The translations under genes and the position numbers were made by a program. Under the pieces are notes generated by a model, which was not told the DNA's origin, ran no database searches, and saw only the letters and a list, made by a program, of their open reading frames with translations. This document shows positions 27,952-36,224 of a DNA stretch of 64,000 nt, piece by piece. The stretch lies in the NCBI GenBank assembly GCA_965205955.1, contig OZ242192.1:2376796-2440795 (forward strand), read 5' to 3'. Numbering within the stretch: position 1 is the stretch's first letter; the number at the start of each line of letters is the position of its first letter. Origin of the DNA: Gammaproteobacteria bacterium (GTDB lineage: Bacteria; Pseudomonadota; Gammaproteobacteria; Eutrophobiales; Eutrophobiaceae).

Positions 27952-28803
27952 TTATTTCGACTTGTCAGCCAGGGGACGCGGATTTTTCAAGCCTTTTTTC
28001 TCGTCGGATTTCAGTTTTCTCGCCACTTTCTTGACATCTTCTTCGGGAGGCAGTTTTTCCGGTTGAATGCCGCGCTCTATCAGGGTCTTCCTTACGCTTT
28101 CGTTACTGGTGATGTGCTCATCGGATATTTCCTTTTCGCTGTGCATACGGTTTTTATCGACGTTGAATATCGTAATCTCCGTGGCAAAGTCTTTCGCCTT
28201 GAGAATGATGGTCGGGGCAAAATCCGCCAAAGCCCGGTTTTTCGGAACCTGCCATTTGTCTTTCATCTGTTCGGTGGTGTAACCGAACAATGCCTTGTCG
28301 CCTTTGGAGCGGATAATGCCGAAGTTTCGGTCGCTTCTCGTTTGTTCATAGATGACACCGGACAGCTCTTTTTCGGTGTCCGCCAGTTTTCGGCGAGCGG
28401 ACACCCTTTCGGCTTCCAGCATTTTCTGTTGGATAATCTCGAACTTTCTGGTCTGAGTGGCAAAGTAGGTTTGGGCTAAGGCGATTTCTTCCTTGCGCGG
28501 GTCGCCGTTTTGGGCGATGAGGTAGCAGGCGTAGCGGGTGAGCATGATGTCGGCCACTTCCCGTTGGCTGCCGGAGCCCAGGGAGACCATTTTGCTGGCG
28601 TCAACGAAATGGTCGGAAATTGTATGATTTGAGACCTCACAGGCGATTTTGGCTTTGTTGGCAACCTGTAAGAAGTTTCGCCAGTCTGTATAGCCCAGCA
28701 GACGCTGAAGGTCGCGGGCGAGCCAGAATTCAACACCGTTTTCGGTTTGGTTGGCGTGGGATTCAAAGTCTTTGGTGAGGGATTGTATGATTTCGGTTTT
28801 CAT
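27952..28803 (-). CDS. dinD: DNA-damage-inducible protein D (DinD/KilAC-domain family)
   Basis: VEFWLARDLQRLLGYTDWRNFLQVANKAKIACEVSNHTISDHFVD...LGSGSQREV...LTRYACYLIAQNGDP matches the E. coli DinD pattern. Confidence 0.7.
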   Translation of the reverse strand: MKTEIIQSLTKDFESHANQTENGVEFWLARDLQRLLGYTDWRNFLQVANKAKIACEVSNHTISDHFVDASKMVSLGSGSQREVADIMLTRYACYLIAQNGDPRKEEIALAQTYFATQTRKFEIIQQKMLEAERVSARRKLADTEKELSGVIYEQTRSDRNFGIIRSKGDKALFGYTTEQMKDKWQVPKNRALADFAPTIILKAKDFATEITIFNVDKNRMHSEKEISDEHITSNESVRKTLIERGIQPEKLPPEEDVKKVARKLKSDEKKGLKNPRPLADKSK

Positions 28804-28966
28804 TTTGGGGTTCCGATGGTTAAATGAGAATTGTGTCCGTGAATGGTTGTTATTTTACATTATAGGGGGTGGGTTCCCAAAACTGCAGTTTCGAGGTGGT
28901 AGACTTCGCCCTTATCAGAGGGTTCGACAGGTATGGTATCTTTACAAGTGGTGAGCAATCAAGAAT

Positions 28967-30280
28967 ATGATGAATAGCAACAAGGGAGGAAAAATGCGTG
29001 CCTTGCAGGATACATTTGGTCTTTTGGCAGACAAATTACTTTTGATGGAAGGAAATCCTAGCGCTTCTTGGGAAAGAAGTGCGGCAGACCTGATTCCACA
29101 GTTAATTCATATTCTTATCCAAGAGAAGTTCCCAGAGAATAGGAAGACAAAGCCACCTTTGATTTTTTCCGCGATTTCGGAGGATGAGAAAATTTTCCAT
29201 CCTTTCCGAAAACTTAAATTTCAGCTCATTCATAGTGAGTCGTTCACTATTCGCTCAGATAAAAAATTACATGTGGACCAAAAACTCGCCATTTTCACTA
29301 TCCCTATGCTGTATTCAGTTCCTGAATTTTCCCATCAATTGTCACCACGCACCCAAAAAAATCTTTCAGATTCTCCAAATCAGGATCTTGAAACTTCTGA
29401 CCTGTTGCGTTTTGAACATCCTATTGATCCAAGTGAAGTAAAGGAGGTTGCCATTGAGTTTACGGTACAAGGACATCTGGGGGGTGGCTTTTGCACATTC
29501 ATTTATGAAAATCCTTTTGATGAAAATCCACACAAAAAACTTACTCTGAACGAATGGTTGGAACAACCCGTTCTATCGGTAAACGGGCATATGTTCACAA
29601 TAGAAGAAATTATCAAGGAAGTGAGAAACAAAATCGCAGTACATCGGTCTGCTCCAGAAAGCATTAACAAGAAATCATTTATTTACAATACGAGATACAT
29701 TAACGCTTGCGGGGCTTATTGGTCTTATTTTATTTTCTTCTGTGCGCTCCATATCATCACTATAATTCAACAAAAGATAAAAACTGAAATGCGACTCGAT
29801 ATTGATGATAATTTTGCAAAAATTGCTGAATCGAAAAGACCCGATCTAACCACTTTTGGATGGGAAACTAAAGATTGGGGGGGGATAGAATCTTATCTTG
29901 TTCTTTCTGATAATGTTGAATTTATCGCCAATGAGGATATGTCAAAAAACACAACCAAGATATCGTTTTTCTCTTTCAGATTAGAGAGTCAAATGGGACT
30001 ACAGGTTTACTCCATCCCTAGCGTGTTTTTTAGTTTGAAAGCGCAAAAAGAAAAGGAAAGCATAGATGAAGAGAATTGTTTATATTTTAATTTGAAGGAA
30101 AAGAAATGTGGTTTTGGTCTGCATTTCAGAACCACTGCCGATGCGTGGTGTGAATTCGTCAGGGATGAAAAGAATATATTTACGGCAAGGCTTGTCACGT
30201 TCACCGATTATCCCATAAAGGGGAGTATATTCTATAATGACGTTAAAAATACCATGCGCATATTATTTAGCTTTTTGTAA
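28967..30280 (+). CDS. hypothetical protein, 437 aa, AT-rich, with no recognisable motif; the only plus-strand gene in the R-M island
   Basis: Long intact ORF in a roughly 33% GC segment (28.8-31.7 kb), convergent with the DUF3644 gene. No Walker, nuclease or HTH motif was recognised by eye. Confidence 0.45.
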   Translation: MMNSNKGGKMRALQDTFGLLADKLLLMEGNPSASWERSAADLIPQLIHILIQEKFPENRKTKPPLIFSAISEDEKIFHPFRKLKFQLIHSESFTIRSDKKLHVDQKLAIFTIPMLYSVPEFSHQLSPRTQKNLSDSPNQDLETSDLLRFEHPIDPSEVKEVAIEFTVQGHLGGGFCTFIYENPFDENPHKKLTLNEWLEQPVLSVNGHMFTIEEIIKEVRNKIAVHRSAPESINKKSFIYNTRYINACGAYWSYFIFFCALHIITIIQQKIKTEMRLDIDDNFAKIAESKRPDLTTFGWETKDWGGIESYLVLSDNVEFIANEDMSKNTTKISFFSFRLESQMGLQVYSIPSVFFSLKAQKEKESIDEENCLYFNLKEKKCGFGLHFRTTADAWCEFVRDEKNIFTARLVTFTDYPIKGSIFYNDVKNTMRILFSFL

Positions 30281-30782
30281 AATCTAATCAAGGGAATGCT
30301 GCACGAGTTGTCATACCGCAATGAAAATGTCATATTGATAACGTATCATCTTCTGCCCTTCGTTGCTCCATTGAAGTTGTTGACGTGTCGCTATCCACTT
30401 CAACCCACCGCACCTCATGGCCACCATGAGAGATATGCAGATTGCTATCCAACCATTCACGTATTTCCTATCGTTATGGTATCCGGCACAGGGGTGAGAA
30501 ACAGTCGTTCAATTCGTCGCCGCTTCTGTGCCTTCATAGTCGCAAAAACTCCGCGTGGATGAGTCCTGATAGCAGCCTCCTTTATCGTCATGTTCTTCTC
30601 CATAACACATTCGCAGATTTCAACACGCTTCATTTCTGCTATACTTACATTCTGTCCTCTTGTGGTATTCCATGCTTCATATTGAAGCACAACTAAGGGG
30701 GCTTTTTCACGTTGTCTTAATACGACATTTTCATTGTGGTATGACAGTTAACTACATAATTCCCAAATATTTTGTCATGATG

Positions 30783-31754
30783 CTAAGTATATTCTGATCT
30801 ATTGTTTTCACAGTGATTTTTCACGAACGTTAACCATGAATGATACCAGTACCATGTTTTGGCAACTTTTGTTCCAAATCCTTTTGATGGATTTTTTGCA
30901 TTTTCTTTTTGCCATAATTTCGTATGTTGATGTATTTTGAATTTGTTAAATCCATTTCTTTGCATTTCTTTGCAAATTTCACCTGGCAAATATTTCATCT
31001 TTTCCTTCTCTATGACATATTCCTTTTTAAGCCCTTTTGCTATATCAGAATCTGGCGAAATGAACTCAATCACTCTATCCGCTTGTCCTTTTCGATTAGC
31101 CGTTCTTAAGACAAATAAAACTCTGTATGAAAACCTACTATCATTGAAATATCCCTCCGACAAACCTTGATCAAAATCTTGAATATAAGAAGAGATATTT
31201 TGGGGCAAATCTTTGTAATCACGTAAGTCAGCGACTTGACCTTCGCTCAGAGAAGAAAATTGTAGGCTAAAGGACAGGTGTTTTTCGATGCCATCTTTCT
31301 TTGGAAATAATTTTTTAAGATATGTATTGTAATTCAAACAACAGGATTGAAAACGAGCATTTAAAAAATCATCGATTCTTGTTGTCATTCTATGTTCTAT
31401 TTCGTGTCTTAGCCCAATTAAAAATTTTAAATTTAATGTCGTAATTTTGTCAATTGGAGATTTTTCACTATCCAAGCATTTCTCCAATTCCCAGTATTTA
31501 TAGGCATTTTTTTTTGTAGTGGAAAATTTTCTCCGCCTTCCATTTATTTTAAAATATTTGTATTCTATATTCTTGTCATGATAATAGGCATGTAGCAAAT
31601 AAGTCCAAGCAATAATTGAAAGAACGATGAATGACTCTGATTTAAATTGCATATTTGGGTTGTTGAATATTTGAACGGCCGCCAGCATGCCCTCTTTTGA
31701 CTTGCGAAGCTGTTCATTCTTTATAGAGCCAAATTTTCTCGTTCTGCTAGCCAT
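30783..31754 (-). CDS. DUF3644-like protein, commonly found next to hsdS
   Basis: The N-terminus MLAAVQIFNNPNMQFKSESFIVLSIIAWTYLLHAYY fits the DUF3644 N-terminal pattern. The gene overlaps the hsdS stop by 8 bp. Confidence 0.5.
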   Translation of the reverse strand: MASRTRKFGSIKNEQLRKSKEGMLAAVQIFNNPNMQFKSESFIVLSIIAWTYLLHAYYHDKNIEYKYFKINGRRRKFSTTKKNAYKYWELEKCLDSEKSPIDKITTLNLKFLIGLRHEIEHRMTTRIDDFLNARFQSCCLNYNTYLKKLFPKKDGIEKHLSFSLQFSSLSEGQVADLRDYKDLPQNISSYIQDFDQGLSEGYFNDSRFSYRVLFVLRTANRKGQADRVIEFISPDSDIAKGLKKEYVIEKEKMKYLPGEICKEMQRNGFNKFKIHQHTKLWQKENAKNPSKGFGTKVAKTWYWYHSWLTFVKNHCENNRSEYT

Positions 31755-32961
31755 GATATGAAAATGGACTTATTCTCGCTTTTCCACTCATCAACTTCGG
31801 CAACAAAATATCGCGCAGTTTTTTGAGCGTGCGGATTTGAGATTTATTCTTCCGATTTTTATCAAAAACCGATTCTACAGTATCTTGAAATTTATAAACT
31901 AATTCATGCGGATACTTGGGAAAATCAATCGATACTAAATTAGTCTGATTTATTTTCGGTTGTACTGCCCCAGTAATGTATCTCTCAATATTTAATTTCA
32001 AAAGAAAGTGCCAGATAAAAAAGTTATCGTAAGGTTTTTTTGCTTTAAGCACATGGGTATGATTATTCACCCAAAACTTTCCACTAGTATATTGTAAAAC
32101 AGGATACCCTTCACCTGCCTTAACCGTCCCATCTTCGGCCATTAGAATGTATTCGCCTTCGAAAATATAGTCGTTTATGTAATCCATAACTTGAGCAGCT
32201 CCGTAGTATGGATACAATGAATCTCCATCCTTCATTTTTTGCCTTTCTATTTTGGAAAGCGGGATTCTTTTGCTGTCAAAAATCTCTACCACATCCCCTA
32301 GCTTTCCAAACTCCCACCCTTCATTCGCATCTTCCACAAACCACTTGCGAAACAATGCCTGTGCCATATCTTCAAGTGTTTTGTTCTGGCGGTGGAGCAG
32401 CTCTATTTTGTCGTCCAGCGATGATAACACTTCGGCAATGGCTTTTTGTTCGGGAAGTGGGGGGAGAAAAAATTTGTAATCTTTAATTGTTTTTGGTGAT
32501 GTGTGCTTTATTGATGTTCCACTTGCTGCGCCAACTATAAACCAGTGATATTCACCAGTACGCATTAGCCAATAAATAAAATTTCTATCAACCTCTTTTG
32601 ATTCAAATTGTAATAACCCTATCCGCTGATTGTGTAAATACATTTCATCGTTTTTATTATTTTTGGGAACTTTTGCTGAAAAACCAAGAGTGTCTCCTTG
32701 TTTGCTCAAATCAGTCATTGTTACAATAACATCACCTTCTTTCAGAATATAATCTTGTGGAATTTCACCTCTAAAATATTTTAACTTTGATGATTTGAAT
32801 CCTCCACCTATATGAAAATTTCCAGGTGTAACCAAAATATTGTTGTTTGTTTCATCTGTAATATATTTCCCCTTGAAAGCATAGCCGTGTTTTATATCAA
32901 CTAAATCCCCCAACCTAACCTCGCGCCACCCGTGCCGTTCTTTTTGCTCCATCCCGCTCAT
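31747..32961 (-). CDS. hsdS: type I restriction-modification specificity subunit HsdS, with two target-recognition domains
   Basis: Conserved central and C-terminal coiled-coil LPPLPEQKAIAEVLSSLDDKIELLHRQNKTLEDMAQALFRKWF, with two TRD-like halves; 404 aa. Confidence 0.85.
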   Translation of the reverse strand: MSGMEQKERHGWREVRLGDLVDIKHGYAFKGKYITDETNNNILVTPGNFHIGGGFKSSKLKYFRGEIPQDYILKEGDVIVTMTDLSKQGDTLGFSAKVPKNNKNDEMYLHNQRIGLLQFESKEVDRNFIYWLMRTGEYHWFIVGAASGTSIKHTSPKTIKDYKFFLPPLPEQKAIAEVLSSLDDKIELLHRQNKTLEDMAQALFRKWFVEDANEGWEFGKLGDVVEIFDSKRIPLSKIERQKMKDGDSLYPYYGAAQVMDYINDYIFEGEYILMAEDGTVKAGEGYPVLQYTSGKFWVNNHTHVLKAKKPYDNFFIWHFLLKLNIERYITGAVQPKINQTNLVSIDFPKYPHELVYKFQDTVESVFDKNRKNKSQIRTLKKLRDILLPKLMSGKARISPFSYHG

Positions 32962-33284
32962 TGCTCCGAATATATCTGCTCTTTCGTCAACAGTGTTTTC
33001 GCTTTCTCTTCGATGTGCCGTCTCATCGGCGGGTAATCTACAAAGTTGAACACCTGCACATCCACCTTGTATGGCAACGAACTCTCATCAAACAAAGTCC
33101 ACAAACGGTCGGTGGTCGCTCCATCGATGTCGCCGTAAAGCACCAAGTCAATATCGGAATAACTTTTGTAGTTTCCCGTTGCCCTTGAGCCGAACAAGGA
33201 TGCTTTTTCAATGCCGGGGCAATGTTCGCGGAGAATTTTTGCGATACCGCCAATTTGCCGTGCGCTCAATCCATGCGTGGACAT
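32958..33284 (-). CDS. mntA: nucleotidyltransferase (MNT-domain antitoxin of a HEPN/MNT pair)
   Basis: GSRATGNYKSYSDIDLVLYGD carries the GS...D.D polymerase-beta NTase motif; 108 aa. Confidence 0.8.
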   Translation of the reverse strand: MSTHGLSARQIGGIAKILREHCPGIEKASLFGSRATGNYKSYSDIDLVLYGDIDGATTDRLWTLFDESSLPYKVDVQVFNFVDYPPMRRHIEEKAKTLLTKEQIYSEQ

Positions 33285-33288
33285 TGTC

Positions 33289-33702
33289 TCAGAACTGCTC
33301 TCCTAAAACTTCGTAAAGTTCTCCGAAACATGCAAGGTATCTTTTGCTGATCTGCTCTAACGCCTCCTCAAATTTTTTGAAGTCGTAGGTGTGGCTCATT
33401 TTATTACGCACATCCAACGCCGTCATCCAGCCCTCGCCGTCGTGTATGAGATTTGCGGCAATCGCCTCTTTGATAATGGCGCGGGGAGTAACCTGCCCAA
33501 ACACAACATTGTTGTATTCCAGATAGTCCTTTGCCGCCTTCCATGCAAGTTCCATACAGTATTCAAAGCGTTGGATCATGCCCTCTTTTTCCAACTGTGT
33601 CATAGACCCATCACTGTATTTTTCGTTGGCCTCTTGTAGAAGAGTGTATGCTCTACTGAAATTGTTAAAGCGATATTTCCAGCGCGGTTTTTCTTCGCTC
33701 AT
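33289..33702 (-). CDS. hepT: HEPN-domain nucleotidyltransferase substrate-binding protein (HepT-like toxin, HI0074 family)
   Basis: MSEEKPRWKYRFNNFSRAYTLLQEANEKY...RFEYCMELAWKAAKDYLEY...ALDVRNKMSHTYD is the HEPN Rx4-6H-like region. The gene lies 4 bp upstream of mntA. Confidence 0.75.
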   Translation of the reverse strand: MSEEKPRWKYRFNNFSRAYTLLQEANEKYSDGSMTQLEKEGMIQRFEYCMELAWKAAKDYLEYNNVVFGQVTPRAIIKEAIAANLIHDGEGWMTALDVRNKMSHTYDFKKFEEALEQISKRYLACFGELYEVLGEQF

Positions 33703-34231
33703 GTTCTGTTCTCCAGTCGTTAATGTCGGTAATCTGTAAATACATTCGCCGCTCACCGGCGCGAATAGAACGAACCCGTTCCAGAAGTTCCTTGAAATAA
33801 TCCCTACCAAAGACCCGCGTACCCTGCTTGAGCCGTTGGTCATTCATGGCAAAGCCTTCGATGATATATTCTTTCAAAACCTGAGTCGCCCAGATGCGAA
33901 ATTGTGTGGCACGCCTGGAGTTGACCCGATAGCCAACAGCAATGATGGCGTCGAGATTGTAGAACTTCGTTTTGTAACGCTTTCCATCTCCGGCAGTAAG
34001 TTCCAAAATGGAACTTACTGATTTTTCCGGCAATTCACCACTCTTAAAGATGTTTCCGAGATGCTTGGTTATGGCGGGCCTTTGAACCCCGAACAATCGC
34101 GCAATATTTTCCTGCGTCAGCCACAATGTCTCATCTTGTAGCGTAACCTCGAGCCGCACCTCACCGTGAGGCGTGGTGTAAAGGATAAAATCGGCATTGC
34201 CGGAGGACGGCGATTTATTTTTCATACTCAA
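33665..34231 (-). pseudogene. rhuM: virulence protein RhuM family (Fic/DOC-like), 3'-truncated at the hepT-mntA insertion
   Basis: LYTTPHGEVRLEVTLQDETLWLTQENIARLFGVQRPAITKHLGNIFKSGELPE...GYRVNSRRATQFRIWATQVLKEYIIEGFAMNDQRL...RRMYLQITDI matches the first roughly 180 aa of the roughly 330-aa RhuM proteins. It then diverges (NDWRTEHERRKTALEISL*) and overlaps the hepT start. Confidence 0.65.
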
Positions 34232-35891
34232 TTTTGCCCAGGTTCTCCAAGATCCGCTTGTTCAACTCCGCCTCTTCTTTTATCTGCCCTTCAAATTCCG
34301 CTTTGAGTGCGGTAAATCTCTCTTCAAAGTCAAAATCATCCTCGGTTTCCGCCAGCCCCACATAGCGCCCCGGACTCAGCACATAGTCCAACTCTGCGAC
34401 CTTTGCCGTCTTGACCGAGGCGCAAAAGCCGGGGATGTCTTGATATGGGATGCCCTCACCTTCTTTTCCTCTCTCAGAGGGAGAGGAAGGTTGGTGATCT
34501 TTTCCTTTCTCAGGGGAAGGTTGATGATCTTTTCCTCTCCCTTTGGGAGAGGCTAGGTGAGGGTCCCTCCTCCACTGGTGGTAGGTGTTGACAACCCTGG
34601 CTATATCTTCATCTGAAAACTCCCGGGTGCGGCGGTTGATCAAATGCCCCAACTCGCCCGCGTCTATGAACAGGATCTCATCCTGGCGTTTCCGGTCGCC
34701 GTTGTAGCCGTGCCGTTTGTTGGAGACAAACCACAGGCAGGCGGGGATTTGCGTGTTCAGGAACAGTTTTGCCGGCAGATTGACAACGCAGTCCACAATG
34801 CCGGCATCGATGATGTTTTTGCGGATGACGTCTTCGTTGGATGATTTGGAGGTGAGCGAGCCTTTTGACAGCACGAAACCGGCCACGCCTTTGGGCGAGA
34901 GGTGGTGTATGAAGTGCTGCACCCAGGCAAAGTTGGCGTTGCCGGTTGGCGGAATGCCGTATTTCCATCGGCTGTCGCCTTCTAATTGTTTGCCGCTCCA
35001 GTCGCTGTCGTTGAAGGGCGGGTTGGCGAGGATGAAATCGGCTTTCAAGTCGGGATGGGCGTTGTTCAGGAATGAGCCTTCGTTGTTCCATTTCACCTGC
35101 CCGCCGTCTATCTGGCGAATGGCCAGGTTCATCCGGCAGAGGCGGTAGGTGGTCTGGTTGCTCTCCTGTCCGTAGATGGAGATGTTGTCGATGTTGCCCT
35201 GGTGCTGTTTGACGAATTTCTCACTCATCACGAACATGCCGCCGCTGCCGCAGCAGGGGTCGAACACCCGGCCCTTGTACGGCTCTATCATTTCCACCAG
35301 CAGTTTTACAATCGAGCCCGGGGTGTAGAACTGGCCGCCTTTTTTGCCTTCGGTGAGGGCGAACTGGCCGAGAAAATATTCATAGACTTTGCCGAGCAGG
35401 TCTCTCGATTTCGCGGCTTCATCGCCGAGGGCGATGTTGCCGACCAGGTCGATCAACTCGCCAAGCGTTGCGGATGCGACGTTCGGCCTGGAGTATACTT
35501 TCGGCAGAATGCCTTTCAGGGTGTTGTTCTCTCTTTCTATGGCTTCCATGGATTCGTCTAAAATCTTGCCGATGGTTTCCTGTCTCGCTTGTGCTTTGAT
35601 GTGGCTCCATCTTGCGTTCGGCGGCACCCAGAAAACGTTTTCCGCTCTGTATTCGTCCGGGTCTTCGGCGTCGGCGTGTTGATATTCCCCTTCGCCGGCG
35701 GTGAGTCTGGCGTGCAGGGTTTCAAAGGAGTCGGAGATGTATTTGAGGAATACCAGGCCGAGCACAACGTGTTTGTATTCCGCTGCGTCTATGTTGTTGC
35801 GCAGCTTGTCCGCGGCTTTGAATAGCTGGTTTTCAAAATTGCCGGCTTTTTCGGCGTGGTTTTCGGTCGTGGTCTTGCTGTCGGTCAACAT
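34215..35891 (-). CDS. hsdM: type I restriction-modification DNA methyltransferase subunit HsdM (N6-adenine), with a low-complexity in-frame insertion
   Basis: HsdM N-domain AADKLRNNIDAAEYKHVVLGLVFLKYISD; SAM motif FDPCCGSGGMF; catalytic NPPFN; 558 aa. Inserted SPKGRGKDHQPSPEKGKDHQPSSPSERGKEGEG at 34458-34560. Confidence 0.9.
   Translation of the reverse strand: MLTDSKTTTENHAEKAGNFENQLFKAADKLRNNIDAAEYKHVVLGLVFLKYISDSFETLHARLTAGEGEYQHADAEDPDEYRAENVFWVPPNARWSHIKAQARQETIGKILDESMEAIERENNTLKGILPKVYSRPNVASATLGELIDLVGNIALGDEAAKSRDLLGKVYEYFLGQFALTEGKKGGQFYTPGSIVKLLVEMIEPYKGRVFDPCCGSGGMFVMSEKFVKQHQGNIDNISIYGQESNQTTYRLCRMNLAIRQIDGGQVKWNNEGSFLNNAHPDLKADFILANPPFNDSDWSGKQLEGDSRWKYGIPPTGNANFAWVQHFIHHLSPKGVAGFVLSKGSLTSKSSNEDVIRKNIIDAGIVDCVVNLPAKLFLNTQIPACLWFVSNKRHGYNGDRKRQDEILFIDAGELGHLINRRTREFSDEDIARVVNTYHQWRRDPHLASPKGRGKDHQPSPEKGKDHQPSSPSERGKEGEGIPYQDIPGFCASVKTAKVAELDYVLSPGRYVGLAETEDDFDFEERFTALKAEFEGQIKEEAELNKRILENLGKIEYEK
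34458..34560. repeat. three tandem roughly 36-bp in-frame repeats inside hsdM built from the CCTCTCCC-N3-GGGAGAGG hairpin element
   Basis: cctctctc-aga-gggagagg (34468-34486); cctttctc-agg-ggaagg, degenerate (34504-34520); cctctccc-ttt-gggagagg (34534-34552). The same hairpin family flanks the DUF559 insert in hsdR. Confidence 0.7.
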
Positions 35892-35899
35892 GGTTTCTC

Positions 35900-36175
35900 C
35901 AAAATGAGTGCCCTCAGGGGAAAGGCTTTATAGTAGCGTATTATGCTTGCCGGGTGGCAGGGTTAAAATTCACCGGGGCGCTTTTGAGAGGCTTTTTCTA
36001 TTTGTTTGCTGTGCAGCAATCAAACTTTTCCGGGTCGGATCCTATGCCGCACAAGGCCGGTCAATCATTTTGCCAGCCTGGCGGGGGGAGCAGCATTGTC
36101 GCCGTAGCGCACTATCTGTTTTTATTGCAGGACCTGCCGGCGTCAATATCAATGTATTGCCGGCATACTCTATCT
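35900..36175 (+). pseudogene. degenerate duplicate of the tauE promoter and 5' coding region, with an internal roughly 60-bp deletion
   Basis: 35911-36175 aligns with 42316-42640: ggggaaaggctttatagtagcgtattatg...gcaatcaaac..ttccggg..ggat..tatgc...ggcgggggg...cactatctgtttttattgcagg. ORF 35954..36211 reads QSNFSGSDPMPH...GGGSSIVAVAHYLFLLQDLP; TauE reads QSNTSGADFMLH...GGGIIIVPALHYLFLLQGFP. Confidence 0.6.
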
Positions 36176-36224
36176 ATGCGTACCTTCCCCGGTGTTTGTG
36201 ATTATCGGTGAGTGCCGGGTATGG

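Noticed and set aside
30296-30780. AT-rich interval with 77-88-aa ORFs between the orphan gene and the DUF3644 gene
   Set aside because: No start or RBS context or recognisable motifs; it may be a degraded gene but cannot be supported.
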